DNA of 64,000 bases from Octopus sinensis (lineage: Eukaryota). The notes under the pieces were generated by a model that searched no databases, was not told the DNA's origin, and saw only the letters and a program-made list of their open reading frames with translations. Shown piece after piece: positions 12,397 to 24,014 of the stretch. Every line of letters begins with the position of its first letter. Positions within the stretch are counted from its first letter, which is position 1. The stretch spans positions 84,010,001 through 84,074,000 of the forward strand of contig NC_043005.1 of NCBI RefSeq assembly GCF_006345805.1, written 5' to 3'. Both the position numbers and the translations under genes were made by a program.

Positions 12397-13242
12397 ATCT
12401 AGATCAAAGATCCATTACTGTAACAGCTTAAGTTTCAAGGCCCCATAGCTTTTCAATACATAGCCATAAACAAAAAAAATACCCCCAAAACTCAGAGATT
12501 TATGAAGCATAGTTGCAGATGTGTTCAAAGAACATTTAGACAAGTTTTTCTCAGAGACACCAGGCAAATCCACACTGTGGCAAGAAATTCAAAGAAGGGC
12601 AGTCCTGTCCAGCTCACTGCTTCACCAGAATCAGATCCAGAGACGGATGGATGGGAAAGTGAGTTTGAAATAAACTAACAATCATGCAAATGGCAGTGCT
12701 CCAGTATGGCCACAACCCTTGGCTGAAACCAAGTTGAAAGGCACTGATATATTCAATAATATACACTTAGATACATCAGATTTGAAAAGTAAAAAGATAG
12801 AATGGTCACTGCCTGGGTGTCCTTTATCAGAGATCTACATCATCAAAACTGATCTGGACCTAATCAACAATTACCATAACAATAAATAAAGGGTATCTAC
12901 TAAATAATTTCTTAGGCTGCTAGAAATAGCAGTTAAGTCTCTTGGATTACATGATATTGTCTTTAAAAATGTTGGTGAGCACATTGGAAAATGTAGTCGA
13001 AGTTGCATTATACACACTAGCTCATATGTACATAAAACACATACATATACATATATATATACATGTATATAGATAAACATCAATGCACACATTTATACAT
13101 GCACAATCATGTATACATACAAATTTACACTTACACATACATAATGTTGTTTTGTATATAATCATTTGTATAGTTTAGATGATATATACATGCATACATA
13201 AAATATATGCAATTGTGTGTCTGTGTGTGTATATATATTATT

Positions 13243-13551
13243 GGCTCTCATGCCCGTGGCACATAAAAAGCACCATCTGAATGTGGCTGATGCCAGTAGC
13301 CCCTGACTGGCCCCTGTGCTGGTGGCATGTAAAAAGCACTATCCATAAAAGTGATTGATGCCTGTCCTGCATGACTTGCTCCTGTGCCGGTTGCATGTAA
13401 AAAGCACCCACTACATTCTTGGAGTGTTTCGCATCCAGCTGTAGAAACATTACCAGATCAGAATGGAGCCTAGTGCAGCCGCTGACTCTCCAAACCATCC
13501 AACCCATGCCAGCATGGAAAATGGACATTAAATGATGATGATGATGATGAT
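13243..13551 (+). mobile_element. RTE-tail-type repeat (family E)
   Basis: Ends ...CCAACCCATGCCAGCATGGAAAATGGACATTAAA(TGA)n. Related copies at 16786-16935, 20362-20850 and 21112-21285 (minus) and 42487-42676 (plus). Confidence 0.7.
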
Positions 13552-13565
13552 ATATATATGGCGCA

Positions 13566-13964
13566 GGAGTGGCTGTGTGGTAAGTAGTTTGCTAACCAAC
13601 CACATGGTTCCGGGTTCAGTCCCACTGCGTGGCATCTTGGACAAGTGTCTTCTGCTATAGCCTCGGGCTGACCAATGCCTTGTGAGTGGATTTGGTAGAC
13701 GGAAACTGAAAGAAGCCTGTCGTATATATATATACATATGTGTGTGTGTGTGTGTGTGTGTTTGTGTGTCTGTGTTTGTCCCCCTAGCATTGCTTGACAA
13801 CCGATGCTGGTGTGTTTATGTCCCCGTCACTTAGCGGTTCGGCAAAAAAGACCGATAGAATATGTACTAGGCTTACAAAGAATAAGTCCCGGGGTCGATT
13901 TGCTCGACTAAAGGCGGTGCTCCAGCATGGCCGCAGTCAAATGACTGAAACAAGTAAAAGAGAG
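13566..13964 (+). mobile_element. SINE family A
   Basis: Full-length copy. Confidence 0.9.
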
Positions 13965-13986
13965 TAATATGTATGTATTCTCAAAC

Positions 13987-14032
13987 AAAACTGTCTGATG
14001 AACAGAAATGTGAAACTCAGAGTAAGAATTTT
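13987..14032 (+). ncRNA. Minimal type I hammerhead ribozyme motif
   Basis: CTGATGA (13995-14001), stem II ACA-GAAA-TGT, GAAA, stem III CTC-A-GAG, GUA cleavage triplet. Stem I is partly mismatched. Confidence 0.7.
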
Positions 14033-14157
14033 TATGATGTCTTTGCAGCTTTATTAATAAAGCATATTACTCTACCTCCGATATTCAAGAACAATTTTTG
14101 AACTTGTGCTTACTCTGGTATATATATTTATTCTCTCTGTGTTTATTTCCTCGTGTT

Positions 14158-14193
14158 CCTTTCTGTTGAAGAGCGTAGGTTCAAACGTCAGAG
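14158..14193 (+). ncRNA. Degenerate hammerhead motif in a Penelope-like repeat
   Basis: CTGTTGA-A-GAGC-GTAG-GTTC-(G)AAA-CGT-C-AGAG. A second copy at 59406-59441 has the same stem II. Confidence 0.5.
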
Positions 14194-14323
14194 ACTTTCT
14201 CACCTTCCCAAGCATCAAACTAACACACCTGCTTGTTGTTTATACACTTCCATATTTAAGAGATGAGGAATTATGTACATTATTTACATTATACGGATAT
14301 TTGTCCTCATCTTGTTTGTGATT

Positions 14324-14366
14324 AACACGTTTCAGCTGATATGCCCTCCAGCTTTCATCAGGTGTC
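14324..14366 (-). ncRNA. Type I hammerhead motif (2-nt deletion at the cleavage site)
   Basis: GACAC-CTGATGA-A-AGCTG-10 nt-CAGCT-GAAA-CGT-GTT. Confidence 0.65.
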
Positions 14367-14413
14367 TTGGGAAAATTTCGAACCTGAGTGCTCGTTCCTA
14401 AGGTATTTTTTAG

Positions 14414-14445
<32 letters not shown>

Positions 14446-14504
14446 GATGATGATGAGATGATGATGATGACGATGACGACGACGACGTTGCTGCTGCTGC
14501 TCTT

Positions 14505-14564
<60 letters not shown>

Positions 14565-14725
14565 TAGGTCACTGCCTGGAATCGAACTACTAGCCCAAGG
14601 TTCCAATTTCGATTCCAGGCAGTGACCTGAATAATAATAATAATAATTATAATAATAATAACAACAACAACAACAACGTCGAAAAATACCTTAAGAATGA
14701 GAACCCAGGTTCAAAATTTCTCCAA

Positions 14726-14771
14726 GACACCTGATAAAGGCTGGAGGGTATATCAGTTGAAACGTTGTGTT
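14726..14771 (+). ncRNA. Type I hammerhead motif (G8A variant)
   Basis: GACAC-CTGATAA-A-GGCTG-10 nt-CAGTT-GAAA-CGT-T-GTGTT. Stem I is GACAC/GTGTT, with a palindromic ACGT stem III. Confidence 0.65.
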
Positions 14772-15295
14772 AACAACAAACAAGATGAGGACAAATATCC
14801 GTCAAATGTAAATAAAGTAAATAATGTTTATACACTTGTCTTCATCTTTTGTTTTTCTGTAAATTTCAACTATTATTATATATATATATATTTTTTTTAT
14901 CTGGTGAAGGTCAGTTTATGGGGTTACCCTGGGTTTCCTATCCATAAAGGGCTTTTGTTTTTACTTTTGACTTGCCTGTGTATATATAGTAGATCCTGAA
15001 AGGTCTAGCACTTAATTTTGGGATTGAAATCTATACCAACTCAAGATGCTTAACTGGATGCTATTGCATAATACTGAAGCTCCCATCATCTCCATCTAGA
15101 GCATGAACCCAGTACTGTAACAGCTTAAGTTTCAGGGGCCCAAACCCATAGTAATCCCATAAACCAGCCTCCACCAGATGAAAATATAGACTGCTCTTTC
15201 TTAGAGTGTGCTTCTCTGGATTTATGTTTTTCTAAAAAAGATATATATATATCATTATATATATTATATACATGTGTGTGTTTATATAAATGTAC

Positions 15296-15399
<104 letters not shown>

Positions 15400-16124
15400 A
15401 CATACATATATGTATAGATACAGATCTACACACATTCACCATACATGCATGCATCATACATGCATGCATGCATCATACATGCATGCACACATAATATATA
15501 TACACACACATGCAATCTGATTCAATGACATCAATTCACAAAATCAGTGCACCAGGACTGCTGGGTCACCATGAACGCACTCACATGATTCACAGCGCCA
15601 CAAACAAGGGCAGCAGTGATATTACAAACCAGAGGGAAAAACCAGCAGATTGAAGAATAAAATTGTGTGACAAAAATTGGTGAGATTTAGGAAGTTGATG
15701 TGCATGGGTAGCATGGTGGTGGTGATGGGGAGTGGGGTGAGAAGCAGAGCAAAGGAAGTTGTTACAGAACATACGAAGAATGCAGCCAGTCATGCTGTGA
15801 TTTCTCCTGAGAATGGTGTACAATGTGCTTCCATCGTATGGGTGGGGCTGAGTATGAAAGTGGTGGAGGATGCTGTGATGCTGCCAATTGTCACTGGTGT
15901 TGAAGCTATGTTTTGCTTAAGGATATTCTGTCATTACTGCAAGTCATGTCTGGTAGAATATTTTTGCTGGCATAAGCAAGTATGGAACTTCCATCCTGGT
16001 GTTCTACATACAACAACAATATGCTACCATCAATGATGATAGGAACCATCATGAAGCTGCTTTCTGCTGTTTTCTGTAATGAAGACAGGAAATAGCAATG
16101 CCAGGAATGAATAACTGGAAAGGG

Positions 16125-16240
16125 TCATGTGGAATTAGGAGAATTAAGTGCATTTCCAAATCAGCTGTGTGACCCTTCTCTGGATGCATTCAAGGTTGTC
16201 AGTGTATGTAGCCGTAACACTGTCCCAGAGCTGGGAGCAA
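16125..16240 (-). mobile_element. CR1-group RT fragment
   Basis: VRYCSQLWDS...DNLECIQRRVTQLI. Confidence 0.65.
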
Positions 16241-16241
16241 T

Positions 16242-16538
16242 ACCTTACTGTTGTTTGTTCCTTCTCGAGCCATGCCTGGCTCATAAGGGCTGGTTTCCCA
16301 GGTTTCCTTGGCATATAGGTTCCCCACCTGGACGGGATGCCAGTCTGTCGCAGGTGAGCTTCAAGATGCAGGAGGAAAGAGTGAGAGAAAGTTGTGGCGA
16401 AAGAGCCATTACCTTCTGCCGGAGCCGTGTGGAGCTCAGGTGTTTCGCTCATAAACACACACATCACCTGGTCTGAGATTCAAACCCGCGATCCCTCGAC
16501 CGCGAGTCCGCTGCCCTAACCACTAGGCCATGTGCCTC
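16242..16538 (-). mobile_element. tRNA-Arg-like SINE (family C variant)
   Basis: Head GGAGGCACATGGCCTAGTGGTTAGGGCAGCGGACTCGCGGTCG (TCG anticodon position). Tail differs from the 25.7 and 29.3 kb copies. Confidence 0.8.
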
Positions 16539-17437
16539 CACAATACCATAATGTGGGTCTCATTTGAGTCCTGTAGAATGTCAGCAGTTGTTAGGGGTTG
16601 AAATATCTTCAGGCAGTGATCTTTCAGAGAAAGTATATCAAAATTGAAAGTATTTGTTTGGCAATTTCCATGAAAAATTTTTATCGCTGTAATTTGATAT
16701 ACTTTCTCTGAAAGATTGCCTCTTCTGACCCTAAAGAGAAGGGCTAGTCTTTGTGATGCAATCCTAGCTGTATTCATCATCATCATCATCATCGTTTAAC
16801 ATCCGTTTTCCACCCTAGCACGGGTTGGACGGTTTGACCGGGGTCTGGGAAGCCAGGGGCTGCACCAGGCTCCAGTCTGATCTGGCAGTGTTTCTACAGC
16901 TGGATGCCCTTCCTAACGCCAACCACTCCGCGATGGATGCATTTTTGTCACGAGAAATCTTTGATGACAGTGAAGCCAAGCATATGAAGTAGAGCTGTAT
17001 TTGAGAGCCACTCATATTTAATGGAGTGAGGCATGGTACAGTGGTGTTTTCTTCATATAAGTAGTGCTTGAGTGCATGACCCAACTTGAGGATGCTCTCA
17101 AGATTTCTGTTCATGCAAATTTGGCAAGTCATGTCTGGGGTCACGCATACAAACACATACATCCTACTGAAATGCATTCATGCACATATATATTCATATA
17201 CATGCATACATACATACATACACACAAACACACACATTGTGGTGCACCAGAGCACTGTATACAAAAATTTCATTATTATTATTATACCTACTAAAATACA
17301 TACATACACATATATATTCATATACATACATACATACATATAGATAGACATGCATACATGTATAAATATAATATATATGAATATATCTACATAGATTCAT
17401 ACATAAATAAACATATATGCACATACATGCATACACA

Positions 17438-17954
17438 TCTATATATATAAAACTGTAGTTGTGTGAGTGTCTGTCTCCTACGATTTAGATTCCTAACTCC
17501 TCCCACATTTTGCGGTGCAGTTTAACCAAATTCGGGTATCTTATAGTCGTGATTAATATCGAGCCCGTCTGGCTATTAGCGCGCGTCTACGATGAGTCTA
17601 CGATTTTAAAAATAATTTAACATCATTTTTTATTCCATTTTAATGCATAATTTTTCGTGTGTCGATGGCGGCGGAGTTGGCGTCCACGCTCAAACACCTG
17701 CACCTGTGTTTGCTTCTCCCCCTTCTTCCCTCCCTCGTGAAGCTGTGGGGAAGGGAGTTTAAGGAAATCAACGTCGTAATGCGTTGTCAAGGAGACCAGC
17801 GTTCTTTTAGAACAACGACTTCATGGCTTGAAGACACCAAAACAGAAATGGCTAAGAAAGCCCGAATTGGCATCTATAAGGGAAGTAACTCTCTAAAAAT
17901 GCTTATATAGTTATTTCCCTTACAAACCCAAGCAACGCCGGGCGATACTGCTAG
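17438..17954 (+). mobile_element. Non-autonomous Helitron
   Basis: A|TC 5' start, subterminal GC hairpin (CCCAAGCAACGCCGGG), CTAG|T 3' end, no TSD. Second copy at 48522-48918. Confidence 0.85.
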
Positions 17955-18101
17955 TAGATTATGAACATATAGACACACACACACACACGCACGCACACAT
18001 AAATATACATGTGTACACACATATAGATCTACAAATATATTGACATACATACATAGATATCTGATCCCTGTATATATACATATACATACACATGTATGCG
18101 T

Positions 18102-18135
<34 letters not shown>

Positions 18136-18244
18136 GTGAATTCTGCATAAACTAAGCCCCGCACTATAAATACTAGGGGTCAATGTAATCAACAAATCTC
18201 ATCTTTTTAGAAATAGCTGGTCTTGTGCCAAAAATTTGAATCCA

Positions 18245-18429
18245 TTATTATTGTTGTTATTATTATTATCATTATTATTATTATTACAGTTATTTTTGTT
18301 GTTATTGTAGTTATATTATAATTATTATCATTGTTGTTGTTGTTATTATTGTTGTTGTTATTATTATTGTTATTGTTATTTTTGTTGTTATGGTAGTTGT
18401 ATTATTATTATTGTAATTATTACTACTAC

Positions 18430-18471
<42 letters not shown>

Positions 18472-18492
18472 CATCGTTGTTGTTGTTGTTAT
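18245..18492. repeat. (TTA/TTG)n microsatellite
   Basis: Directly visible. Confidence 0.9.
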
Positions 18493-18888
18493 TTTTACAG
18501 ATTCAGTTTACTTTAATAATCTAATGGAGTCTTTTAAGTCATACTTTGAAACTCCTTGGCTCATTCATGCACGAAGATGTTAGCAAAAACATATCTCTTT
18601 GGTATTTCCTGGAGGAATTCTCCCAGTTGCCATTCTTCTTTGATTTGTTGCAGAATGATGATTACTAGAACAGTGCTGGCTCAGGTGGGGAAAAAAAAGA
18701 AAAAAAGAAAAAAAACTGGAAAGGAAAAGGTGTGTGGTAATGTGTTTATGTGCCATGAGTTTGGTATTTGGTAGAAGCCAGGGGCCAATCTTGGGGTGAA
18801 TTTGCATAAAAACGATTCACACAGATGCTCCCAGGCACATGGTTCCAGGTTCAGTCCCACTGTATAGTACATTGGGCAAGTGTCTTCT

Positions 18889-19475
18889 TATTTCTTTACT
18901 GCCCACAAGGGGCTACACACAGAGGAGACAAATGGATTAAGTCAATTACATTGACCTCAGTGCATAACAGGTACTTAATTTATCGACCCCAAAAGGATGA
19001 AAGGCAAAGTCGACCTTGGCGGAATTTTAACTCAGAACGTATTGGCTGATGAAATACCTATTTCTTTACTACCCACAAGGGGCTAAACACAGAGAGGACA
19101 AACAAGGACAGACAAACGGATTAAGTCGATTATATCGACCCCAGTGTGTAACTGGTACTTAATTTATCGACCCCGAAAGGATGAAAGGCAAAGTCGACCT
19201 CGGTGGAATTCGAACTCAGAACATAGCGGTAGACGAAATACCCATTTCTTTACTACCCGCAAGGGGCTAAGCACAGAGAGGACAAACAAGGACAGACAAA
19301 CGAATTAAGTCGATTATATCGACCCCAGTGTGTAACTGGTACTTAATTTATCGACTCTGAAAGGATGAAAGGCAAAGTCGACCTCGGTGGAATTTGAACT
19401 CGGAACGAAGTGGCAGATGAAATACTGCTAAGCATTTCACCCGGTGTGCTAACGTTTCTGTCAGCTCGCCGCCTT
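18889..19475 (-). mobile_element. Trimer of tRNA-derived SINE family B inserted in a family A SINE
   Basis: TSD AAGTGTCTTCT (18878-18888, 19476-19486). One full head plus two head-truncated units. Core GTCGACTTTGCCTTTCATCCTTTCGGGGTCGATAAA resembles Nin/Deu-type SINE cores (inference). Confidence 0.9.
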
Positions 19476-20361
19476 AAGTGTCTTCTACTATATGCCAGCT
19501 CCTGTTAAACTGTGCAACCAATGCCAGTATGGAAAATGGACATTAAATGATGACAATGATGATGACAATAAGCTTCTTTCAGTTTCCGTCTACCAAATCC
19601 ATTCACAAGGCTTTGGTCGGCCCAAGGCTTTAGTAAAAGACACTTGCCCAAGATGCCATACTGTGGGATTGAACCCAGAACGACATGGTTGGGAAGTATA
19701 TGAGACAATTTGGCAGTCATCAGCAGGTCAGATAGGATGAATTCCTCCTCATAGTATTCATTTTAATTCTGCATACTCTGAGTTCTAATCCTGCCAATCT
19801 CAACATTGCTTTTTGTTTTTTGTGGGGTGTGATAAACAGAGGAAAGATGTTAGAGTGTCAAATAAGACATCTTGCCTTATCTCGTCCAACTTTTTGTGTT
19901 CTGACAGCAATCCCTGGAATGACACTGGTATTAAGCTGTATTAACTATGCCTTTTTGTTTGAAATCATGGCTGACAGAGAGAGAGAGAAGAATTGAGGAA
20001 AGATTTGTCCAGGCTTGTGTTTCCAAGAGGAACCTCACAGATGTAGATTCTCAGATTACTTCTAACACATGACAATGGCCATTTGTATAATATATGAGGA
20101 ATTTAAGTGTTTCATCCAATGCTGTATTCATTCAGTACAATGGTTGAACAAACCATGAAATGTAACTTAAAATCTGAGTTAAAACATATTTTGTTATAAA
20201 TTTAATTCTATTTTCCATATTGGGTTTCGTCGCTCAGTAAACCTGTTTCTGTTCTTTAACTTCCATTCAAATAGCTCTGTCAACTATAATCCATATTTCT
20301 TCATATTGCTTTGAATTAATCATTCATTATTTCAGATTTTCATGATCATGATGATGATCAT

Positions 20362-20850
20362 CATCGTTTAACGTCCGCTTTCCATGCTAGCATGGGTTGG
20401 ACGATTTTTACTGAGGGCTGGCAAACCAGATGGCTGCATTAGGCTCCAATCTTGATCTGGCAGAGTTTCTATAGCTGGATGCCCTTCCTAACACCAACCA
20501 CTCCAAGAGTGTAGTGGGGCCAGTCAGGTGGTACTGGCAACGACCTCACTTGAATCTTTTTGCACATGCCACCGGTACAGGTGCCAGTAAGGTGATGCTG
20601 GTAACAAACATGCTTGAATGGTGCCTTTTACGTGCCACCGGCATGGACCACTTAGCCGCACTGGCAACAATCACGCTTGGATGGTGCTCTTAGTACCCTA
20701 TTAGCACAGGCACAAGTGCCAGTAAGGCGACACTGGTAACGATCACACTCGAATGGTGCCTTTTATGTGCCACTGGCATGGAAGCAGGTTAGCTGTTCTG
20801 TCAACGATCACACTCGTATGGTGCTCTTTGCACCCTGCTAGCACAGATGC
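20362..20850 (-). mobile_element. RTE-tail-type repeat (family E)
   Basis: Reverse complement of the 13243-13551 type, with internal subrepeats. Confidence 0.7.
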
Positions 20851-22208
20851 CAGTCATCGAATTTGATTTTGATTTGTAATTGTAAATTTTTAGAATGACA
20901 TTATAGGGTAGGTGTGAGAGGTCTGATCTTGCCAGTTTGAGGTGGATATGGCTGGTTTAAATGCTAAAGGCTTAAATTAGTAAACTTTATTCAGCTCACA
21001 CATGTGCACATCTCTATATATACATACATACATATCCATCCATCTATAATATGTATATACACACATGCATACATATATATATATACCATCATCATCATCA
21101 TCATCATCACCATTGTCATCATCATCATCATTATCATCATCATTACCATCATCAACATTTAACGTCCACTTTCCATGCTGCCATGGGTTAGAGGGTTTGC
21201 CTGAAAACTGGTAAGCCGTGGGAGGTGGGGCTTACCAGGTCCCAATCTGATCGGCAAGTTTTCTATGGCTGGATGCCCTTCCTTGTAACAATAAATTTTT
21301 AGTTAATTTTTAACTTGGTTTTAGTCTAATTTTAGTTTAGCTTAATTTTAATTCCAAATTTTTAAATTATAAGTTTAATTTTTAGTTTAACATTTAAAAT
21401 TCTATTTAACTGATATAAATAAGATAAATAATGATTTTACTTTTCATAAATATCGGTAAATTTTATCTGATTATTTATTTATTGAAATAAATTAACCACG
21501 TAAATTAATTTTTCCTTCTTATATATATTTTTCCTATTTTTTACTATTTGTAGTCTTTTTAAAATTATCTCCCCTACACTGGAAAGCTTTTAAAATTGAG
21601 GATTCAATTTTCTTTAGTACTGGTATTCATTAATGAGAATTATCTCCCCTACAATGGAAATCATATAAATAGAGGACATAATTAGTAGCCATGTTTAATT
21701 TGTGGAGTTAACTGGCACTCATCAATAAGATTAGTTATGCTTCTACTTTTCTTTAATACTGTTAAATCGATGATTTCTAAATGTATAGTTTAATTATAAT
21801 GTCCTCATTTATGTTGTAAATTTATTTTATGTTATTTAGACCTGAAGAGTGGGTATGTATTGTTGGGTCGAAGAAATATTAATTTTTGAGATTATCAATT
21901 TTGATATTGTGGATTTAAATATATTGTCATGAAACATGTGCAGTCATTTTAATGTGTATTATTTAGTATAGTAATTTTTAGTACACTATTAATAATATAT
22001 TTAAATTAATATTTTATTATAGATAATATGTTTCATTATTAATTGAATTACTGTATGGAGGTTCTGCCTCTTAACTATATATATATAATATATCGATAAA
22101 TTTGATTTAGTATTACTAAATTGAGTCTGTTTTCCTCTGTTACCTTGGAATTATATATTCAAAAGCACTGGGAGAATATTAATAATATATATATATATAT
22201 AATATATA

Positions 22209-22262
<54 letters not shown>

Positions 22263-22320
22263 ATGTATGTATGTATATGTATATGTATGTACATATATAT
22301 ATATATGTATGTATATATAT

Positions 22321-22762
22321 TCTTTTACTTGTTTCAGTCATTTGACTGTGGCTATACTGTCTTTAGTTGAGCAAATCAGTTCCAGGACTTATTCTTTGTA
22401 AGCCTAGTATTTATTTTATAGGCCTCTTTTGCCAAGCTGCTAAGTTACGAGGATGTAAACACACCAACATCGGTTGTCAAGCGATGTTGGGGGGGGGGCA
22501 AACACAGACATACAAACATATACACACACATACATTTATATATTATATATAAAAGGCACCATTCGAGTGTGATCATTACCAGTGTCCCCTTACTTATATA
22601 TATATATATATACGATGTGCTTCTTTCAGTTTCCGTCCACCAAATCTACCCACAAGGCTTTGGTCAGCCCAAAGCTATAGTAGAAGACACTTTTCCAAGC
22701 TGCAGTGGGACTGAACCTGGAACCACATTGTTGGGAAGGAAGCTACTTACCACACAGCCGCT
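22321..22762 (-). mobile_element. SINE family A
   Basis: Reverse-complement copy. Confidence 0.85.
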
Positions 22763-22829
22763 CCACATGTTGCCAGTGGATTATATATCTGAAGATGAAG
22801 CATACTCTGAAACAGAGACCTATAATGTA

Positions 22830-23030
22830 TTTACAAGCAGTTAGGTATATGTCCGGTCATGGAGTGACCAATGGTTTCCCATCCTTAAAGTGCTTAGCTC
22901 TATGCACGACTCATTAAACCCTAATGCTTCTGGTATTAGGATCTGACGAGTCATCCATAGAGCTAAGCGCCTTAAGGATGTGAAACCATTGGTCATTCTA
23001 TGACCGAACATATACCTAACTACATGTAAA
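22830..23030. repeat. About 200-bp imperfect palindrome made of two outward-facing hammerhead units
   Basis: Arms pair over about 95 bp around a TTCTG loop. Most mismatches are transitions. Confidence 0.9.
22932..23005 (+). ncRNA. Type I hammerhead ribozyme
   Basis: Stem I TAGGAT/ATTCTA, extended by GGT/ACC across an internal loop. Core CTGACGA (22943-22949), stem II CATCC/GGATG, GAAA (22982-22985), stem III CC-ATT-GG, GUC cleavage after 22994. Confidence 0.8.
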
Positions 23031-23171
23031 CAATATACACACACACACACACAGATACATATATATATATATATATATATATACACCATAGTGATATACA
23101 TGTATACATTCATACACTCGATACATACACATATAAAAACTACTTATTTTACATATACACATATATGTATA

Positions 23172-23340
23172 TATCCCCCTCTTGGTCATCTTAGTCCTCC
23201 AGGCAATAAGAGAGGAATTCAAGACAGGATGCCCCTGGGAACTCCTCTATGCTGATGACCTTGCTCTTATAGTTGAGTCACTACCTTAACTAGAGAAGAA
23301 GTTCCAGGTATGGAAACAAGGTCTAGAATCAAAGAGCCTT
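23172..23340 (+). mobile_element. RTE-clade reverse transcriptase fragment
   Basis: SPLLVILVLQAIREEFKTGCPWELLYADDLALIVESLP*LEKKFQVWKQGLES, with the YADD motif. Confidence 0.85.
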
Positions 23341-23520
23341 TGATATATATATATATATATATATGACTAGATCTGTTTATATTTCTGTCTCAGTCTTTCT
23401 ATGTGCATGTGTGCTTACACACACACACACACACAGAAGGAGAGAGAAAGGGAGACAGAGATATAAATAGATATAGTTATATATACATACATATGCACAC
23501 ACTGTGTATGTGTGTGTGTG

Positions 23521-23582
<62 letters not shown>

Positions 23583-23600
23583 ATATCTGTCTCTCTCTTG

Positions 23601-23647
<47 letters not shown>

Positions 23648-24014
23648 TGGGAGAGGGTTGCAGAAAGGAAGGAAGGGAGGGTGTGAGGGAGAGGAGATAG
23701 AAATCAAGGTCATGTTTCATGTGAAAGAACTCCGTGTCTATTTGCTGCGGCTGTTCTGGGAGAATATTGAGAAGTGATGCCAACAGCGGAGAGGAACAAA
23801 CTGTGAAGATAAATAAAAATCCGGGCAGATTTTTACATTGACTGGCTGACTGACTGAGGAGGAGGAGGAGGGTCTGGTGAAAATTAGGGCAGAAAAAAAC
23901 ATGGGTAGAAGAAGCAAATGTGTGTGTGTGGTTGAGTGAATGGTGGTGGGGGAAGAGGTGAATGATGTATTGTGGGAATTATATATATATATACACACAC
24001 ACACACACGTATAT

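Larger units (their letters stand above)
14279..14830. mobile_element. Head-to-head inverted pair of a hammerhead-containing element with a B-box-like head
   Basis: Perfect 21-bp inverted repeat at 14566-14586 / 14608-14628, then trinucleotide tracts, then mirrored bodies ending ...GATGAGGACAAATATCCGT...AAATAATG. Confidence 0.85.

Noticed and set aside
12555-12658. Exon-like segment with AG acceptor and GTGAGT donor
   Set aside because: One frame (TPGKSTLWQEIQRRAVLSSS) resembles the decayed C-terminus of an R4-type element, as at 34070-34150. No host homology recognised.
15677-16036. 119-aa plus ORF
   Set aside because: Probably antisense to a heavily decayed CR1/L2-group fragment. No host-gene features.
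18501-18684. Exon-like unique segment after TTTTACAG
   Set aside because: Stops in all three frames near the acceptor, weak donor, no recognisable product.
22783-22826. CTGAAGA...GAAA hammerhead-like motif left of the palindrome
   Set aside because: Stems I and III cannot be closed. Possibly an eroded copy. The same applies to 9560-9575, 10230-10285 (minus), 21841-21860 and 62345-62385.
23250-23265. CTGATGA hammerhead core
   Set aside because: It is the YADD codons of an RT fragment, with no stems or GAAA.
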